From the NCBI GenBank assembly GCA_035526585.1, contig DATLCC010000065.1:11581-75580 (forward strand): a DNA stretch of 64,000 nt. The letters are read 5' to 3'. Source of the stretch: Thermoplasmatota archaeon (lineage in GTDB: Archaea > Thermoplasmatota > SW-10-69-26 > JACQPN01 > JAJPHT01). A program made the position numbers and the translations under genes. Positions 47,031 to 59,600 of this stretch are shown here, in pieces (position 1 is the stretch's first letter; every line of letters starts with the position of its first letter). The notes under the pieces were generated by a model. The model worked only from the letters and a program-made list of their open reading frames with translations. It was not told where the DNA came from and ran no database searches.

Positions 47031-47046
47031 GTAACCTCTTGGTTAC
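47031..47046. promoter_or_regulatory. Palindromic operator GTAACC-N4-GGTTAC (copy 3)
   Basis: gtaacctcttggttac followed by acgtct. Confidence 0.65.
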
Positions 47047-47083
47047 ACGTCTGCCACATGGCGCCATATGGCACACCCGTCGC

Positions 47084-47152
47084 GGTCCCGGTTCCCGGCT
47101 TCCGGCTTCCGGGTCCCGGGTCCTCGGTCCCCGGGTCCCGGTCCCCGGTCCC
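47084..47152 (+). repeat. Degenerate 7-mer tandem repeat (GGTCCCG-like)
   Basis: About 9-10 imperfect copies between the operator box and the downstream promoter. Confidence 0.7.
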
Positions 47153-47259
47153 CTCTTTCCCGCGTTCCCACGTCCGTCACCCCCGTCCGGGGTGACACGA
47201 AGCATTTTAGTCGTCTAGACAACATGCCTCGGCTCAAGGTACTGGGGAGGCTCACCCAC

Positions 47260-50200
47260 GTGTCCAACCGCGCTGCTTCGTTCATCGTCCTCGCTCTCCT
47301 AGTGCCGCTTGCGGCTCCCTTCGTGCCCGGCGCGGGCGCGCTCCCTTCGACAGCGCCGCGGTACTCGACGTACGTGGGTCCGGACGAGAACCAGGTCTTC
47401 ACGGTCTTCATCGACTCGGGCGGCGAGCCGTCGATCGGCGTGGACTGGAGGACGGGGGAGATCCTCTACCAGCGCGGGTTCCACACGTTCCGCGCGGAGC
47501 TCCAGGACGACGGCGGCTCGGACTGGATCGACGTCTCGGCGCCCAACACACCGTTCAACATCGACCCGATGCTCTTCACCGACAGCGCTACGGGCCGTAC
47601 GTTCGCGGGTGGGCTGGATGGCATGTGCAGCTCGATGGCCATCACGGACGATGGCGGCCGCACGTGGATCCCCGCGGGGAACATGTGCGTCCCGACGCTC
47701 GACCACCAGACGATCGCGTCGGGCCCGTGGGCGGCGACGACGCTCCCCTCGTCGCCCGCGTTCGATCGCGCGACCTACTACTGCGCGCAGGCGTCCGCCG
47801 TCACGTGCATCACGAGCCAGGACGGCGGCCTCACGTGGGGCCCGCCCGTTCCCGTGACGTGCGGTTTCGTCGATCCCGGCTTCCACGGGAGCGTGCACGT
47901 GGGCCCGGATGGCAAGGTCTTCCTTCCATTCAAGAACTGCCAGGGCGGCGCGGGCGTCGCGGTGAGCGCCGACAACGGCCTCACGTGGACGTCCCACAAG
48001 GTCCCGAGCGCGGTGTACCCGGGTGCTGGGTTCGACCCCGATGTCGCCACGACCCCGAGCGGCTGGCTCTATCTCGGCTACGCGAACGGCGCGACGGGCG
48101 CGGCCACGGCCACGATGTCCAAGGACAACGGCACGACCTGGTCCACGCCCGTGGACGTCGGCGCGCCGCTGGGCGTCGTCGCGAGCACGTTCCACGAGAT
48201 GGTCGCCGGCGACGACGGGCGTGCCGCGCTCGCGTTCCTTGGCACGACCACCGCGGGCAACGGGTACGACCCGGCCTTCGCGGGCGTGTGGGACCTCTAC
48301 GTCGCGACCACCTACGACGCGGGCGCGACCTGGACGACGGTCAAGGCCAGCACGGACCCGGTGCAGCGCGGCTGGATCTGCGCGGGCGGCACGGGCTGCG
48401 CGACGGACGAGTCCGGCCACCGCAACATGCTCGACTTCATGGACGCGCAGGTGGACGCGCAGGGCCGCGTGCTCGTGGGGTATGCCGACGGCTGCACCGG
48501 CGAATGTGCGGGTCCCGCAGGCACGAGCGCGCAGTCCTTCCACAGCCAGGCCACGATCACGCGTCAGTCGAGCGGGCTCACGCTCTTCTCGGCGTTCGAC
48601 CCGTCGACGGGCGCGCTCTTTGCGACCGGCGGCGGACCGTACACGACGCAGGCCGGGAGCGCCGTCGCGCTCGATGGCGAGGCGGCCAACGGCGTCGCGC
48701 CCTACAGCTACTCGTGGAGCGTGCTGAGCCGGCCCGCGGGCTCGGCGGCCGGCGCCTCGTCGATCGCCGCCGCCGCGACCGCGGGCGCGAGCTTCACGCC
48801 CGACGTCGTCGGCGACTATCTGCTGCGCTTCGAAGCGCGCGACGCCTCGGGCGAGCGCGCCGTCGACGTCGTGAAGGTCACCGCCGCGAGCCTGCCGGGC
48901 GTCCCCGTCGCGACGTGCGGCGTCCCGCTCGCGAGCGACGCGGTGGGCGACTCGACCGCCGCGGGCGCGGGCTCCTCGCGTCGTGATATCACGAGCGTCT
49001 CCGCGAGCGACGCGCAGGGCATTTGGACGCTCTGCGTGAGCGTGGCGAGCATGGCGGAGGCGGCGACGGCGGGCTCCAAGTTCACGTTCTTCTGGGACGC
49101 GCCCTACGAGCTTCCTCTCATCACGTACTCCGCATCGGCCACAGTCACGGCGGGCGGCACCGTCGGCAGCGCCCAGTTCTCCAAGGGCGTCGCGGGCGTG
49201 ACCCTCGCGCAGCTGGGCGGCCCGGCCTCCGCGTCGCTCGATGGCGACACGCTGCGCATCACGCTCCCGCGCCCCGGCGTCGGCGGCCCGCAGGATGGCG
49301 AGAGCGCGACGAACCTCTTCGTGCGCGTGGAGAACACCGCGACGCCTACGACGACGTGGGACCGTGCGCCCGACGCGGGCGGGCTCGCGTACACGTTCGG
49401 CCACAATGCGCCCGACGCGGTCGCGCCCGCGCAGGTGACGGGCCTCGCCGGCGAGGACGCGCAGACGGGCGGCCTCGTGAACCTCTCGTGGGACGCCTCC
49501 AGCGACGACATCGGCGTGAAGGACTACGTCGTCCGCCGCTCGACGCTTGCGGGCGGCCCGTACCGGACGGTCGCGCTCGTCGAGGGCCTCGCGTTCCAGG
49601 ACGCCGGCCTCGTCGACGGGACCGCGTACTACTACGCCATCGGCGCGCGTGATGGCGCGGGCAACATCGGCCCGCTCTCGGCCGAGGTCGCCGTCACGCC
49701 CACCGGGCCCGGTGGTCCCGCGGGCGACACGAGCGCGCCCACGTCGCCCGGCTCGCTCGCGACGAGCGCGCTCGCGTCCACCTCGCTCACGCTCACCTGG
49801 CTCGCGGCCGACGATCCCGAGACGGGGATCGACCACTACGAGGTGTACAAGGACGGCGTACGCATCGCGCAGACGACGCTCCTCACGCAGTCCGTGGGAG
49901 GCCTCGCGCCCTCCACGAGCTACGACCTCGAGGTGCGCGCGGTGAACGGCGCCGGCCTCGTCGGCGCGGGCGCGACGTTGACCGTGACGACACCCGCGCG
50001 CCCGCCCGACTGCGGGCAGGCCGCGTCGCCGTTCACGCTCGCGACCGACGCGGGCGGCGACAGCGCGCGCGGCGACGGGCGCGCGGAGATCGTGCGCGTG
50101 GGCGTGAAGGAGACGTCCACGCGCATCGGGTTCTACGTGAGCCTCGCCGACGCGAGCACCCCCGCCCCGAACACGATGTTCCGCGTGTCCTGGCGCACCG

Positions 50201-50505
50201 ACGACCTGCACGGCTTCGCCCTCTACGTCCGGCTCACGGACGCGGGAGCGGCGCCGGCGGGCGTGTGGGTCGTGACGCCGGCGAACGAGGTGAACACGCT
50301 CCGGCAGCCCCAGTTCGGCCTCCAGTGCGACACGGTGTTCATCAGCGTCCAGAAGCAGGACCTGCTGAACCCCGCGCCTGGCGAGCTCCTCCGGGATCTG
50401 CGCGTGACGGCGTCCGTGGACACGACGAACCCGCCCGAGTCCCAGATCTATGATGCCGCTCCTGATACCGGGGGCGTCGATTACGTGATGGGGAGCGCGG
50501 CCTGA
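47260..50505 (+). CDS. Secreted BNR-propeller protein with PKD-like, FN3 and DOMON-like domains
   Basis: GGGGAGG SD, signal peptide, Asp-boxes (TDDGGRTW, SQDGGLTW), two FN3 repeats (LSWDASSDD, LTWLAADD). Confidence 0.9.
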   Translation: MSNRAASFIVLALLVPLAAPFVPGAGALPSTAPRYSTYVGPDENQVFTVFIDSGGEPSIGVDWRTGEILYQRGFHTFRAELQDDGGSDWIDVSAPNTPFNIDPMLFTDSATGRTFAGGLDGMCSSMAITDDGGRTWIPAGNMCVPTLDHQTIASGPWAATTLPSSPAFDRATYYCAQASAVTCITSQDGGLTWGPPVPVTCGFVDPGFHGSVHVGPDGKVFLPFKNCQGGAGVAVSADNGLTWTSHKVPSAVYPGAGFDPDVATTPSGWLYLGYANGATGAATATMSKDNGTTWSTPVDVGAPLGVVASTFHEMVAGDDGRAALAFLGTTTAGNGYDPAFAGVWDLYVATTYDAGATWTTVKASTDPVQRGWICAGGTGCATDESGHRNMLDFMDAQVDAQGRVLVGYADGCTGECAGPAGTSAQSFHSQATITRQSSGLTLFSAFDPSTGALFATGGGPYTTQAGSAVALDGEAANGVAPYSYSWSVLSRPAGSAAGASSIAAAATAGASFTPDVVGDYLLRFEARDASGERAVDVVKVTAASLPGVPVATCGVPLASDAVGDSTAAGAGSSRRDITSVSASDAQGIWTLCVSVASMAEAATAGSKFTFFWDAPYELPLITYSASATVTAGGTVGSAQFSKGVAGVTLAQLGGPASASLDGDTLRITLPRPGVGGPQDGESATNLFVRVENTATPTTTWDRAPDAGGLAYTFGHNAPDAVAPAQVTGLAGEDAQTGGLVNLSWDASSDDIGVKDYVVRRSTLAGGPYRTVALVEGLAFQDAGLVDGTAYYYAIGARDGAGNIGPLSAEVAVTPTGPGGPAGDTSAPTSPGSLATSALASTSLTLTWLAADDPETGIDHYEVYKDGVRIAQTTLLTQSVGGLAPSTSYDLEVRAVNGAGLVGAGATLTVTTPARPPDCGQAASPFTLATDAGGDSARGDGRAEIVRVGVKETSTRIGFYVSLADASTPAPNTMFRVSWRTDDLHGFALYVRLTDAGAAPAGVWVVTPANEVNTLRQPQFGLQCDTVFISVQKQDLLNPAPGELLRDLRVTASVDTTNPPESQIYDAAPDTGGVDYVMGSAA

Positions 50506-50694
50506 GGCGCCTGCCGCATCCAAGCCAAGCGCATACGGGCTCGCGGGAACTCTTATCCTCCGTCACCTGTTCGGCCGAGCCTGAGGCATCGGAGGCAGAG
50601 AGAGCCCTCCCCGTGTCCCTCCCCCCAGGTGACACGGACCGTTCAAGGCCGCTCGACGCGCCCCCGGTGCTGGAGCTTCAGGAGGCCCCACCCA

Positions 50695-53600
50695 GTGTCC
50701 GCTCGCCGTTTCGCATCCGTCGTCACGCTCGCGATGATCCTTCCCCTCGCGCTGCCCCTCGTCCCGACCGCGCTCGCCGTGACGGCGAGCCCGCCCGGAC
50801 CCACGCTTCCGGGCTTCGCGGTCTTCGCGGCCCCCTCGGGAGCCTTCCACGGCGGTGAGCCCACCGTCGGGATCAACTGGCAGACGGACGCCATGATGTA
50901 CCACTCGGCGACGACGACCTACAAGGTCGTCGCGAACCTCGCTGCGAGCCCGCCCACCGCTTCGTGGACGGACGTCAGCCCCCCGAACTCGATCGAGAAC
51001 ATCGACCCGATGCTCTTCACGGACGTCGGCACCGGCCGCACCTTCGCGGGCGGCCTGGACGGCGAGTGCAGCATCATGTCGTTCACGGAGAACGACGGCG
51101 CGGACTGGACGCCCGTGGGCAACATGTGCGCCGGCGCCATCGACCACCAGTCGATCGGCCAGGGCGCCTGGAAGGAGCCGCGCCCGATCGGCGCCACCTA
51201 CGACCGCGCCACCTACTACTGCGCCCAGGGCTGGGTCTCGTTCCCCCAGAACGCGTGCGCGACCTCGCTCGATGGCGGCCTCACCTTCCTCCCCCCCGTC
51301 ATGTGGGATGGCAACTGCTTCGGCCTCCACGGCCACGTGAACGTCTCCACCGTGACGGGCACGGCGTTCGTCCCGACGCGCACGTGCGGCGGCAAGGCCG
51401 GCATGGGCTGGAGCGACGACAACGGCGCCACCTGGCACGACAAGCAGATCGCGCCCACGAACTCCCCCTCGAACGGCTTCGATCCCTCCATCGGCGTCGC
51501 GAGCGGCGGCCGCGTCTGGTTCGCGTACGAGAGCTCCTCCTGGCTCCCCTACGTGGCCTACTCGGACGACGACGGCGCGAACTTCAACATCCTGGGCACG
51601 AACATCGGCGCGGACAAGGGCATCCAGACGGCGACCTTCATGCGCGCGATCGCCGGCGACAACGACCGCATCGCCGTCGCGTACCTCGGCTCCACGACCG
51701 ACGGGAACCCCTTCGTCGCCAACTGGCCCGGCGTCTGGGACCTCTACGTCTCCTTCTCGTACGACAGCGGCGCGACGTGGGAGACCGTGAAGGTCACGAG
51801 CGACCCCGTCCAGCGCGGCTGGATGTGCAGCGCCGGCCTCAGCTGCAACTCGGGCCGCAATCTCCTCGACTTCATGGGCAGCACCCTCGACGCGACCGGG
51901 CACGTCATCGTCGGCTTCCCCGACGGCTGCATCGGCGCGTGCGCGAGCGCCTTCGGCACCGCGTCGCAGTCCACGAACAACTGGCCCACCATCGCGCGCC
52001 AGGTCACCGGCAAGGGCCTCTTCGCGGCGTACGACCCGGTGAGCATCTCGCTTGCGCCCCTCACGGGCACCGCCGGCTCGCCCGCGACCCTCGCGGGCAC
52101 GGCGACGCTCTCGCAGCCCTACTCGCTCGTCATCAACTGGGGCGACGGCAGCACGCAGACCGTCTCCTCCCTCACCGACGCTGCGCTAAGCGTCGCGCAC
52201 ACCTACCTTGCGGCCGGCACGTACACCGTGACGGTCGACGGCACCGGCGCCTCGGGCGACGAGGCCTCCGGCAGCACGAGCGCGACCATCTCCGGCGGCC
52301 AGGGCCCCGGCAGCTCGGTCCTCATCGACGAGCCCGCCGCGCACGAGACCGTCGGCGCCGCCGTCCACGTCGTGGGCCGCGTCGTCGGCGACGGCAGCAA
52401 CCTGCCCCCGACCGCCGCGTTCAGCTTCGTCGTCAGCGGATCGAGCGTCGCCTTCGACGGCACGGGCTCCAGCGACCCCGAGAGCGGCGCGCTCGCGTAC
52501 GCCTGGGCCTTCGGCGACGCCGCGACCGGCGCCGGCGCGACCGCGAGCCACGCGTACGCGACGCCGGGCACGTACGACGTCTGCCTGACCGTCGCCGACG
52601 TCGGCGGCCTCACGGACGACGCGTGCGCCTCCGTCACGATCCAGGGCCAGGCGAGCGTGGACACGATCGCCGAGGACGCCGAGGGCGACGAGGCCGCGAA
52701 CAGCCTCAGCGGCTCCAACGTCCCCGCGATGGACATCCTCAAGCTCGAGATCACGAAGAACGCGGCGCAGGAGCCCGTCTTCATCCTGACCCTGAAGGAC
52801 CTGCAGACCGACCCGCCCGTCACGGAGGCCGCGAACGGCATCTACTGGGCGGTCGACTGGAGGTCCCCCGACAACGCGCACTCCTACGTGCAGTACAGCG
52901 TGACGACGACGGGCGCGGAGCCCACCGTCACGTGCGTCTACGGCATCATCACCGTCACGCAGGGGCAGAACATCCAGGAGAACGAAGGGACCACGACCTG
53001 CAGCACGACGCTTGGCCCGAACGGCAAGCTGTACCTCACGTACCCGTCCGCGGGCCTCGAGGCGCACGGATTCGAGGCCGACAGCACGCTCGGGAACGTC
53101 GTCGGCGCGGCCGGCACGGTCCTCGAGGTCCCGGAGGCCGCCTCCGGCTTCTTCGCGTACGACACGACGAGCGCCGCGGACCACCAGCTCCACGCGGGCG
53201 TCGCCCCCTGGCAGCTCATCGGCTCGCAGCCCGCGCACGTCGCGAAGGCCGCGCCCGCCACGCCGCCCGCGAACCCGCAGATCGTCGACAAGGTCAGCGA
53301 CCCCGTCGGCGACAACTCGCCCGTGGGCAACATCCAGAGCGCCTGGTTCGACGCGGACCCTGACAACCTCTACGTCGGCATGAAAGTGGCCGACATCCCC
53401 GCCGACTCCACCGCGACGGCCTTCACGTACTACTCGGTGAACTTCCAGCCCGCCTACGAGGTCGACGACCCCCAGTGGGGCGCGACCGGCACCGTCACGG
53501 GCCTGCGCGTCACCGCGCTCTACAGCCCCGTCGCCTTCGACAGCCTCCCCAGCGTCCCCCACACCGAGGACGCGACGAGCTTCGAGCTGCAGGTCCTCTC

Positions 53601-56600
53601 GATCAACCCGACGACGGGTGCCAGCAACTTCGGCACGCTTGGCGTCGTCACCGGCACGGTGGACCCGAACAGCGATATCATCTGGTGGGTCGTGCCCCGC
53701 ACGCTGCTCCAGAGCCCGCCCGGCGGCGCGCTCCTGGACACGACGAGCGCGGCCTCCGCGCCCGCGATCGCTGGCGCCGTCACCTTCGGCGGCGCGCTCG
53801 CCGACACGACCGGCACGGGCGACGCCTACTCCTTCCCGAGCGTCGTCGTGACGCCGCCCACCGTGACGCTCTCCGCGACGCCCGCCGCGGGCGCCGCGCC
53901 GCTCAGCGTCACGTTCGCGCCCACCGTCACGCCCGCCTCCATGGCGACGTGGAACCTCGACTTCGGCGACGGCACGCCCGACGCGACCGGCACGACGAGC
54001 TTCCCCGTCCTCTCGCACGTCTACGAGGGCGAGGGCAGCTATCACGCCGTCCTCACCGTGACCGCGCCCAACGGCGGCGTCGGCACCGGCGCGACGGACG
54101 TCACCGTCGGCAGCACGGAGCTCCCGCCCGTGCGCGTCACCGTCGCCGCCGGGAACCTTCCCGCCGTCGACGCCATCTGCGTCGCGAGCTGCAGCGACTG
54201 GAGCGCCGACCTCGACCTTGGCTCCCTCCCCGACGGCGAGGTCACCCTCACCGCGACGCTCCTCGTGAACGGCAACGTCGTCGACACGGACGCGACCGTG
54301 GTCGAGCTCGCGACCGCGACGAGCGCGATCACCATCGACGCGCCCGCCTCCGGCGCCACGATCGACGTCGGCACGACGCTCGACGTCGCGGGCCGCATCG
54401 TCGGCTCGACGAACCTCCCGCCGCAGGCGAGCCTCGCGGGCGACGTCGGCAGCGGCCTCGCGCCCCTCGACGTGACCTTCACGCTGGGCGGCGACGACGA
54501 CAGCGGCATCGCGGGCTGGCGCTTCAGCTCCGGCGACGGCCGCATCGTCGATGGCACCGCGATCCTGCCCCTCGAGATCCAGCACACGTACCAGACGCCG
54601 GGCACGTATCACCCGAGCTTCCGCGTCACCGACACGAACGGCGTCCAGGCCACGAGCACGGGCCAGGTCGTCGTGCAGGCCGAGAACCGCCTCCCGACGA
54701 CCCCCGCCTCGCCCGTCCCCGCGGACGCCGCGGCGAACGTGCCCGTGGGCGCGACGCTGAGCTGGGTCTCCACCGACCCCGACGCGACGCCGCTCACCGC
54801 CGACGTGTACCTCGACGCGGTCGACGGCACGACGCTCGTCGCGAGCGACCAGACCGGCGCGTACATGCCGGTGGGCCTCCTGCCCTCCACGACGTACTTC
54901 TGGCACGTGGACGTGAGCGACGGGATCGCCACCGTCGCCGGCCCGACCTGGAGCTTCACGACGGCCGCCCCCGTCCTCACGGAGGCGCAGAAGCCCCACG
55001 TCGTCGTCGCGCTCATCGACACCGGCACGAACCCGTACCACACGCAGTTCACGCGCGCCGGCCTCGTCGAGGACCCCTCGACCTACATCACGGGCCTCGC
55101 CTCCTCGCAGCTCAAGGAAGTGGACCTCTGCTTCTACGACGCCGCGACGAAGACGGTCGACCGCACGCGCTGCCCCAGCGGCTTCACGAGCGCCTGGCAG
55201 CAGGACGTCGCGAACGGCCGCTGGGCCGGCTTCGGCGTCTCGCCCCTCTCCGCGATCGGCGCGGGCCAGGGCAAGGTCGCGTGGTTCCCCGGCACGAACA
55301 TGATGGTCGTCTCGTTCGCGCACGACCCGAGCGTCGCCCCCGTGGGCGTCGACACCGGCGTCGGCCTCCCGCTTGACGCGGGAGACGCGCACGGCTCGTG
55401 GACGAGCTCCAACGTGGGTGGCCTCACGACCGGCACGTGCCCCGAGTGCATCGTCGTCATGATCGAGGCCGACTCGGTCGACGCGATCAGCGCCGGCTAC
55501 CGCTGGGCCGCGAACCAGCCGTGGATCGACGTCATCACGAGCAGCACGAGCGTCGGCCTCGTCGGCGCCGGCTGGAACCCCGGGGACTTCTTCGACACGA
55601 ACTCGCAGGCCGCGAAGACGACCGTCACGCGCGGCGGCCTCATGTTCGAGTCCTCGGGCAACGGCGTCGCGAACGCCGGCGTCGCCCCGACCTCGACCTA
55701 CCTCTACGGCAACAGCAACCCGTGGACCATCGCCGTCGGCTGCAGCGCCGACGGCACGGGCCAGCCCTGCGGCTACTCGGACTTCCCGAACCCCATCACG
55801 GCGAGCGGCGACGCGCGCATGAGCGCGAGCCCCGCGAGCATGAGCGGCACGGAGCCCGTCGGCGGCACGAGCTTCTCGAGCCCGAGCGCGGCCGGCGTCA
55901 CGGCGCGCGCGCTCTACGGCATCCGCGCCGCCGTCGGCGACACCGGCGAAGGCGCGAAGGCCACGGCGACGCACAGCCTCGTGCGCATCCCGAGCGGCTA
56001 CACGCTCCCCGCGCGCGGCCCGCTCGCGAACGGCGAGCTCACGCGCCTCGAGCTCGAAGAGGCGCTCTTCAAGACCGCGCGCCGCGGCATCGTCCCCAAG
56101 GTGCCCACGTACCTCACGCCCAACAGCGAGATCCCGCAGAGCCCCGTCTCCTTCGTCAAGGAAGGCTACGGCGACGTCTACCGCGGCGACTGGGGCGTCG
56201 GCCACGCGAGCGCCGAAGCCACGTGGGCGAGCACGGGCGACATCGTGAGCCACATCCTCACGCCGCCCGCGACGGGCGCCGTCTGGCCCAACCGCTTCAT
56301 CGAAGAGACGTGGTGGGAGACGGTCGTCGAGCCCACGCAGATCGCCCTCTTCGGCGGAGACGTCCCCGACACCGACGGCAACGACGGGTTCCCGATGAAC
56401 GCGGCCGGCGCCCAGGGCGGCCTGCAGGGCTACGCGGGCCCCGCGTTCGGCGTGAGCGCGCACGTCCCCGCCATCACGGACGCGAACGCGGACGTGCCGG
56501 TGGGCGTCGTGCCCTCGGCGAGCGCGAACCGCATCTACCTCCACCACGCGAACCTCGGCCCCGACCCCGCCGACCCCGTGAACGACCTGATCGAGTTCTA

Positions 56601-59600
56601 CATGAACACGATCGTCGACCCCGCGGGCGGCACGGACTGCAGCGGCACGGAAGGCTGCGCCGACCAGAGCGGCCTTGGCGGCACGGGCGGCGGCACGGCG
56701 GCGGCGACGCAGGTGTACGAGCTGAGCTACCCGCGCCTCGATGGCATCTCGCTCCTCGACCGCAGCAAGGACGCGCTCGTGCACATCGACGCGACCGGCT
56801 TCGCCGGCGCGCCCGCGAGCCCGCTCACGCTCCACGTCGCGCTGAAGACGGGCGAGTCGCTCGTCCTCGCGGGCGACGTGACGCGCTCGGGCACGGGCAC
56901 CTACGAGCTGCGCGGCAAGCCCCTCGTCGACAGCGTCTCCGACCCCGTGACGCTCACGATCGGCTGGGACGGCCCCGTCTACAGCTTCCACGTGAACTCG
57001 CAGGGCGCCTCGTACCTGGATCTCCCGATCCAGGCGACGCTCCCCCCGACGGACGCGGTCCCGGTCAAGTACTACGTCGACGACATCTCGACGTTCACCA
57101 CGAACGGCGGCAGCGTCTTCCTCACGCGCGACGCGACGAAGGTCGCCGGCGACGCGGACAAGGTGACGTTCTTCCCCTTCCCGCAGGTGGGCGGCGTGAA
57201 GCTCAACCTCGCTTCCGATGACGCGCTCGCGGCGAGCCAGGGCGTCCTCGCGGACGCGGGCGAGGCGCACATCTACATCTGCACGTCGTCCACCTCGCAG
57301 GGCGGCAGCCCCCGTGTGCCTCCGGGCGGCGCGGCGCAGTACACGGCCGCGCTCGCGCTCACGATCGGCAACATCCCGGTGGGCGGCGGCTCGGTCACGA
57401 CGACGATCGGCGGCACCGACAGCTCGACGAACTTCATCCCGCTGACGATCCCGCTGACCCTGCACACGGCGCTCTTCCCCGCGGACGCGCCCGTCACCGG
57501 CACGCTCACGCTGAACGGCCCCGGCGGCGTGTTCACCGAGAACATGGGCGTCTGCGGCGGCGGCGGCGCGCACCCCTGGAGCATCGAGTTCGCATACCAC
57601 GAGCTCGCGGCCCCGACGGCGACCATCGACGCTCCGGGCGGCGCGCTCAAGGGCATCGCCACCCTCACGGGCACGGCGAGCTTCCCCGCGGCGCCCGCTG
57701 CGGCGGACGTCAAGTGGTTCGCGCAGGACTTCGACGGCTGGGACACGCAGGTCGACTCGTTCACGATGGACACCGGCGGCCCCGGCGCGGCCTCGGGCGG
57801 ACCGCTCTTCGAGCCGACGCCCGGCGGCTACGTCCTCACGTTCAAGAGCGCGCGCCCCGTCGCACAGGACGCGCCGCGCCTCTCGAGCGCGGGCGTCGCC
57901 TCGGCGCACTTCTGGGTCCTCGGCGTCCCCGCGGCCCCTGACGTGACGGTCGACTTCAGCATCCTCCTCGAGAATGCGCAGGGCGGCCAGCGCCTCCTGG
58001 GCTCGGGCAGCGAGACGAAGCACGTCATGTCCGAGCTGGGCGCGGTCGCGCCCTTCGCCGAATCCGAGTACGTCGTGAGCTTCACCCCCGCGATCCTCGA
58101 GCCCGCGGCCGACGAGCGCCTCGTCATGATCGTGCGCGTCCACCACGCCACGATCGACGCGACGACCACCGGCGTGAGCTCGTTTGGCGGCGACGAGGCC
58201 GAGCCCATCTACGTGAGCCTCCCGAAGGACGTGAGCGCCGCGCCCACCGCGCAGGCGATCGACCTCGTCATCGGCCCGCTCGCGAAGACGGTGCCCGTCA
58301 CGAACGGCGCCTGGAGCACGACCATCGACACCGCGCAGCTCGCGAACGGCCAGCACGCCGCGCGCGCCACGCCGCACGCGGACTACGCGGGCGTCGTGCG
58401 CAGCGGCATCGCGGCGCTCCGCGGCGTCACGGTGAGCAACACGCAGGGCACGCTCAACACGCCGCCCGTCGCGGACCTCACCATCCCCGGCGCGAGCGGC
58501 GCCGCCCCGCTGCGCGTCGTCGCGCAGATCGCGGGCAGCGACGCCCAGACGCCCGCGGGCCAGCTCGCGTGGCGCCTCGACTGGGGCGACGGCAGCGCGC
58601 CGGCGAGCGGCACGGGCGTCCCCGCGACGGCCGTCCACACCTACGGCGTCGCCAACGCGGTCGCGCGCCTCACGGTCACGGACCTCGGCGGCGAGATCGG
58701 CTCCGACACGGCGCCCGTCTCCGCCTTCGAGGCGCCCCCCGTGCGCCGCGTGCTCGTCTCGCTGGGCGATGGCGACCTCATCGACGCGGTCGACGAAGCC
58801 GGTGACGGCTCGTTCAGCACGTGGTCCGCGAGCGTCCCCGCCAACGTGGCGGGCGACCTCGAGCTCGTCGCGCAGGAGCTGCGCGGCAGCGACGTCCGCT
58901 CCACGATGACGATCCCGCTCCACGTGATCGTCCCCGAGCTCCCCGACGTGCGCATCCTCTCGCCCGCAGACGGCGCGGTCGTCGCGCCTGGCACCCTCCT
59001 CAGCGGCACCGTCTCGTACGAGACGGGCCCCGTGGAGAGCGTCGTCGTCTACACGGCCACGGGCCCCGGCGTCCTTGCGACGAGCGGTGACGGCTTCGCC
59101 ACCTGGAGCGCGAACGTGGACGACCTGGGCCTCACCGAGGACTGGCCCTCGTACGTGCACGCGGTCGCCACGAGCGCGACGGGCAACGGCGAGGCCGCCG
59201 TCTCGCTGACGCTCAACGCGGCGCCCAACGCCGAGATCCGCGCGCCCTTCGCGCCGCTCGCCATGAGCGACGCGAGCTTCGAGGCCGTCTACGTCCCGTC
59301 CGCCACCGAGGCGCCCGTCGCGTCGTACGCGTGGAGCTTCGGCGACGGCGGGACGAGCACGGACGCGAACCCGACGCACGTCTTCGCGCACAGCGGCACC
59401 TACGAGCTCCTGCTCACGGTGACCGACACGAACGGCGCGAGCGGCTCCGCGGCGAGCTTCGTCTACGTGCTCAACAACGCGCCCATCGTCACGCTCGACG
59501 TCGACGTCGCCGAGCCCACGGTGCAGGACACCGTGACGTTCACCTCGACGGCGGACGACATCGACGGCACGATCGAGAGCCTCCGCATCTCCGTCTACGA

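Noticed and set aside
45752..52040. True sialidase activity for the BNR proteins
   Set aside because: Asp-boxes are structural only; no RIP/RLP motif or Arg triad was recognised.
52186..59391. 2401-aa minus-strand ORF and similar long ORFs (204-2075, 47299-50523, 25726-27465)
   Set aside because: Antisense or off-frame shadows of real genes in GC-rich DNA; Arg/Ala/Gly-rich with no motifs.
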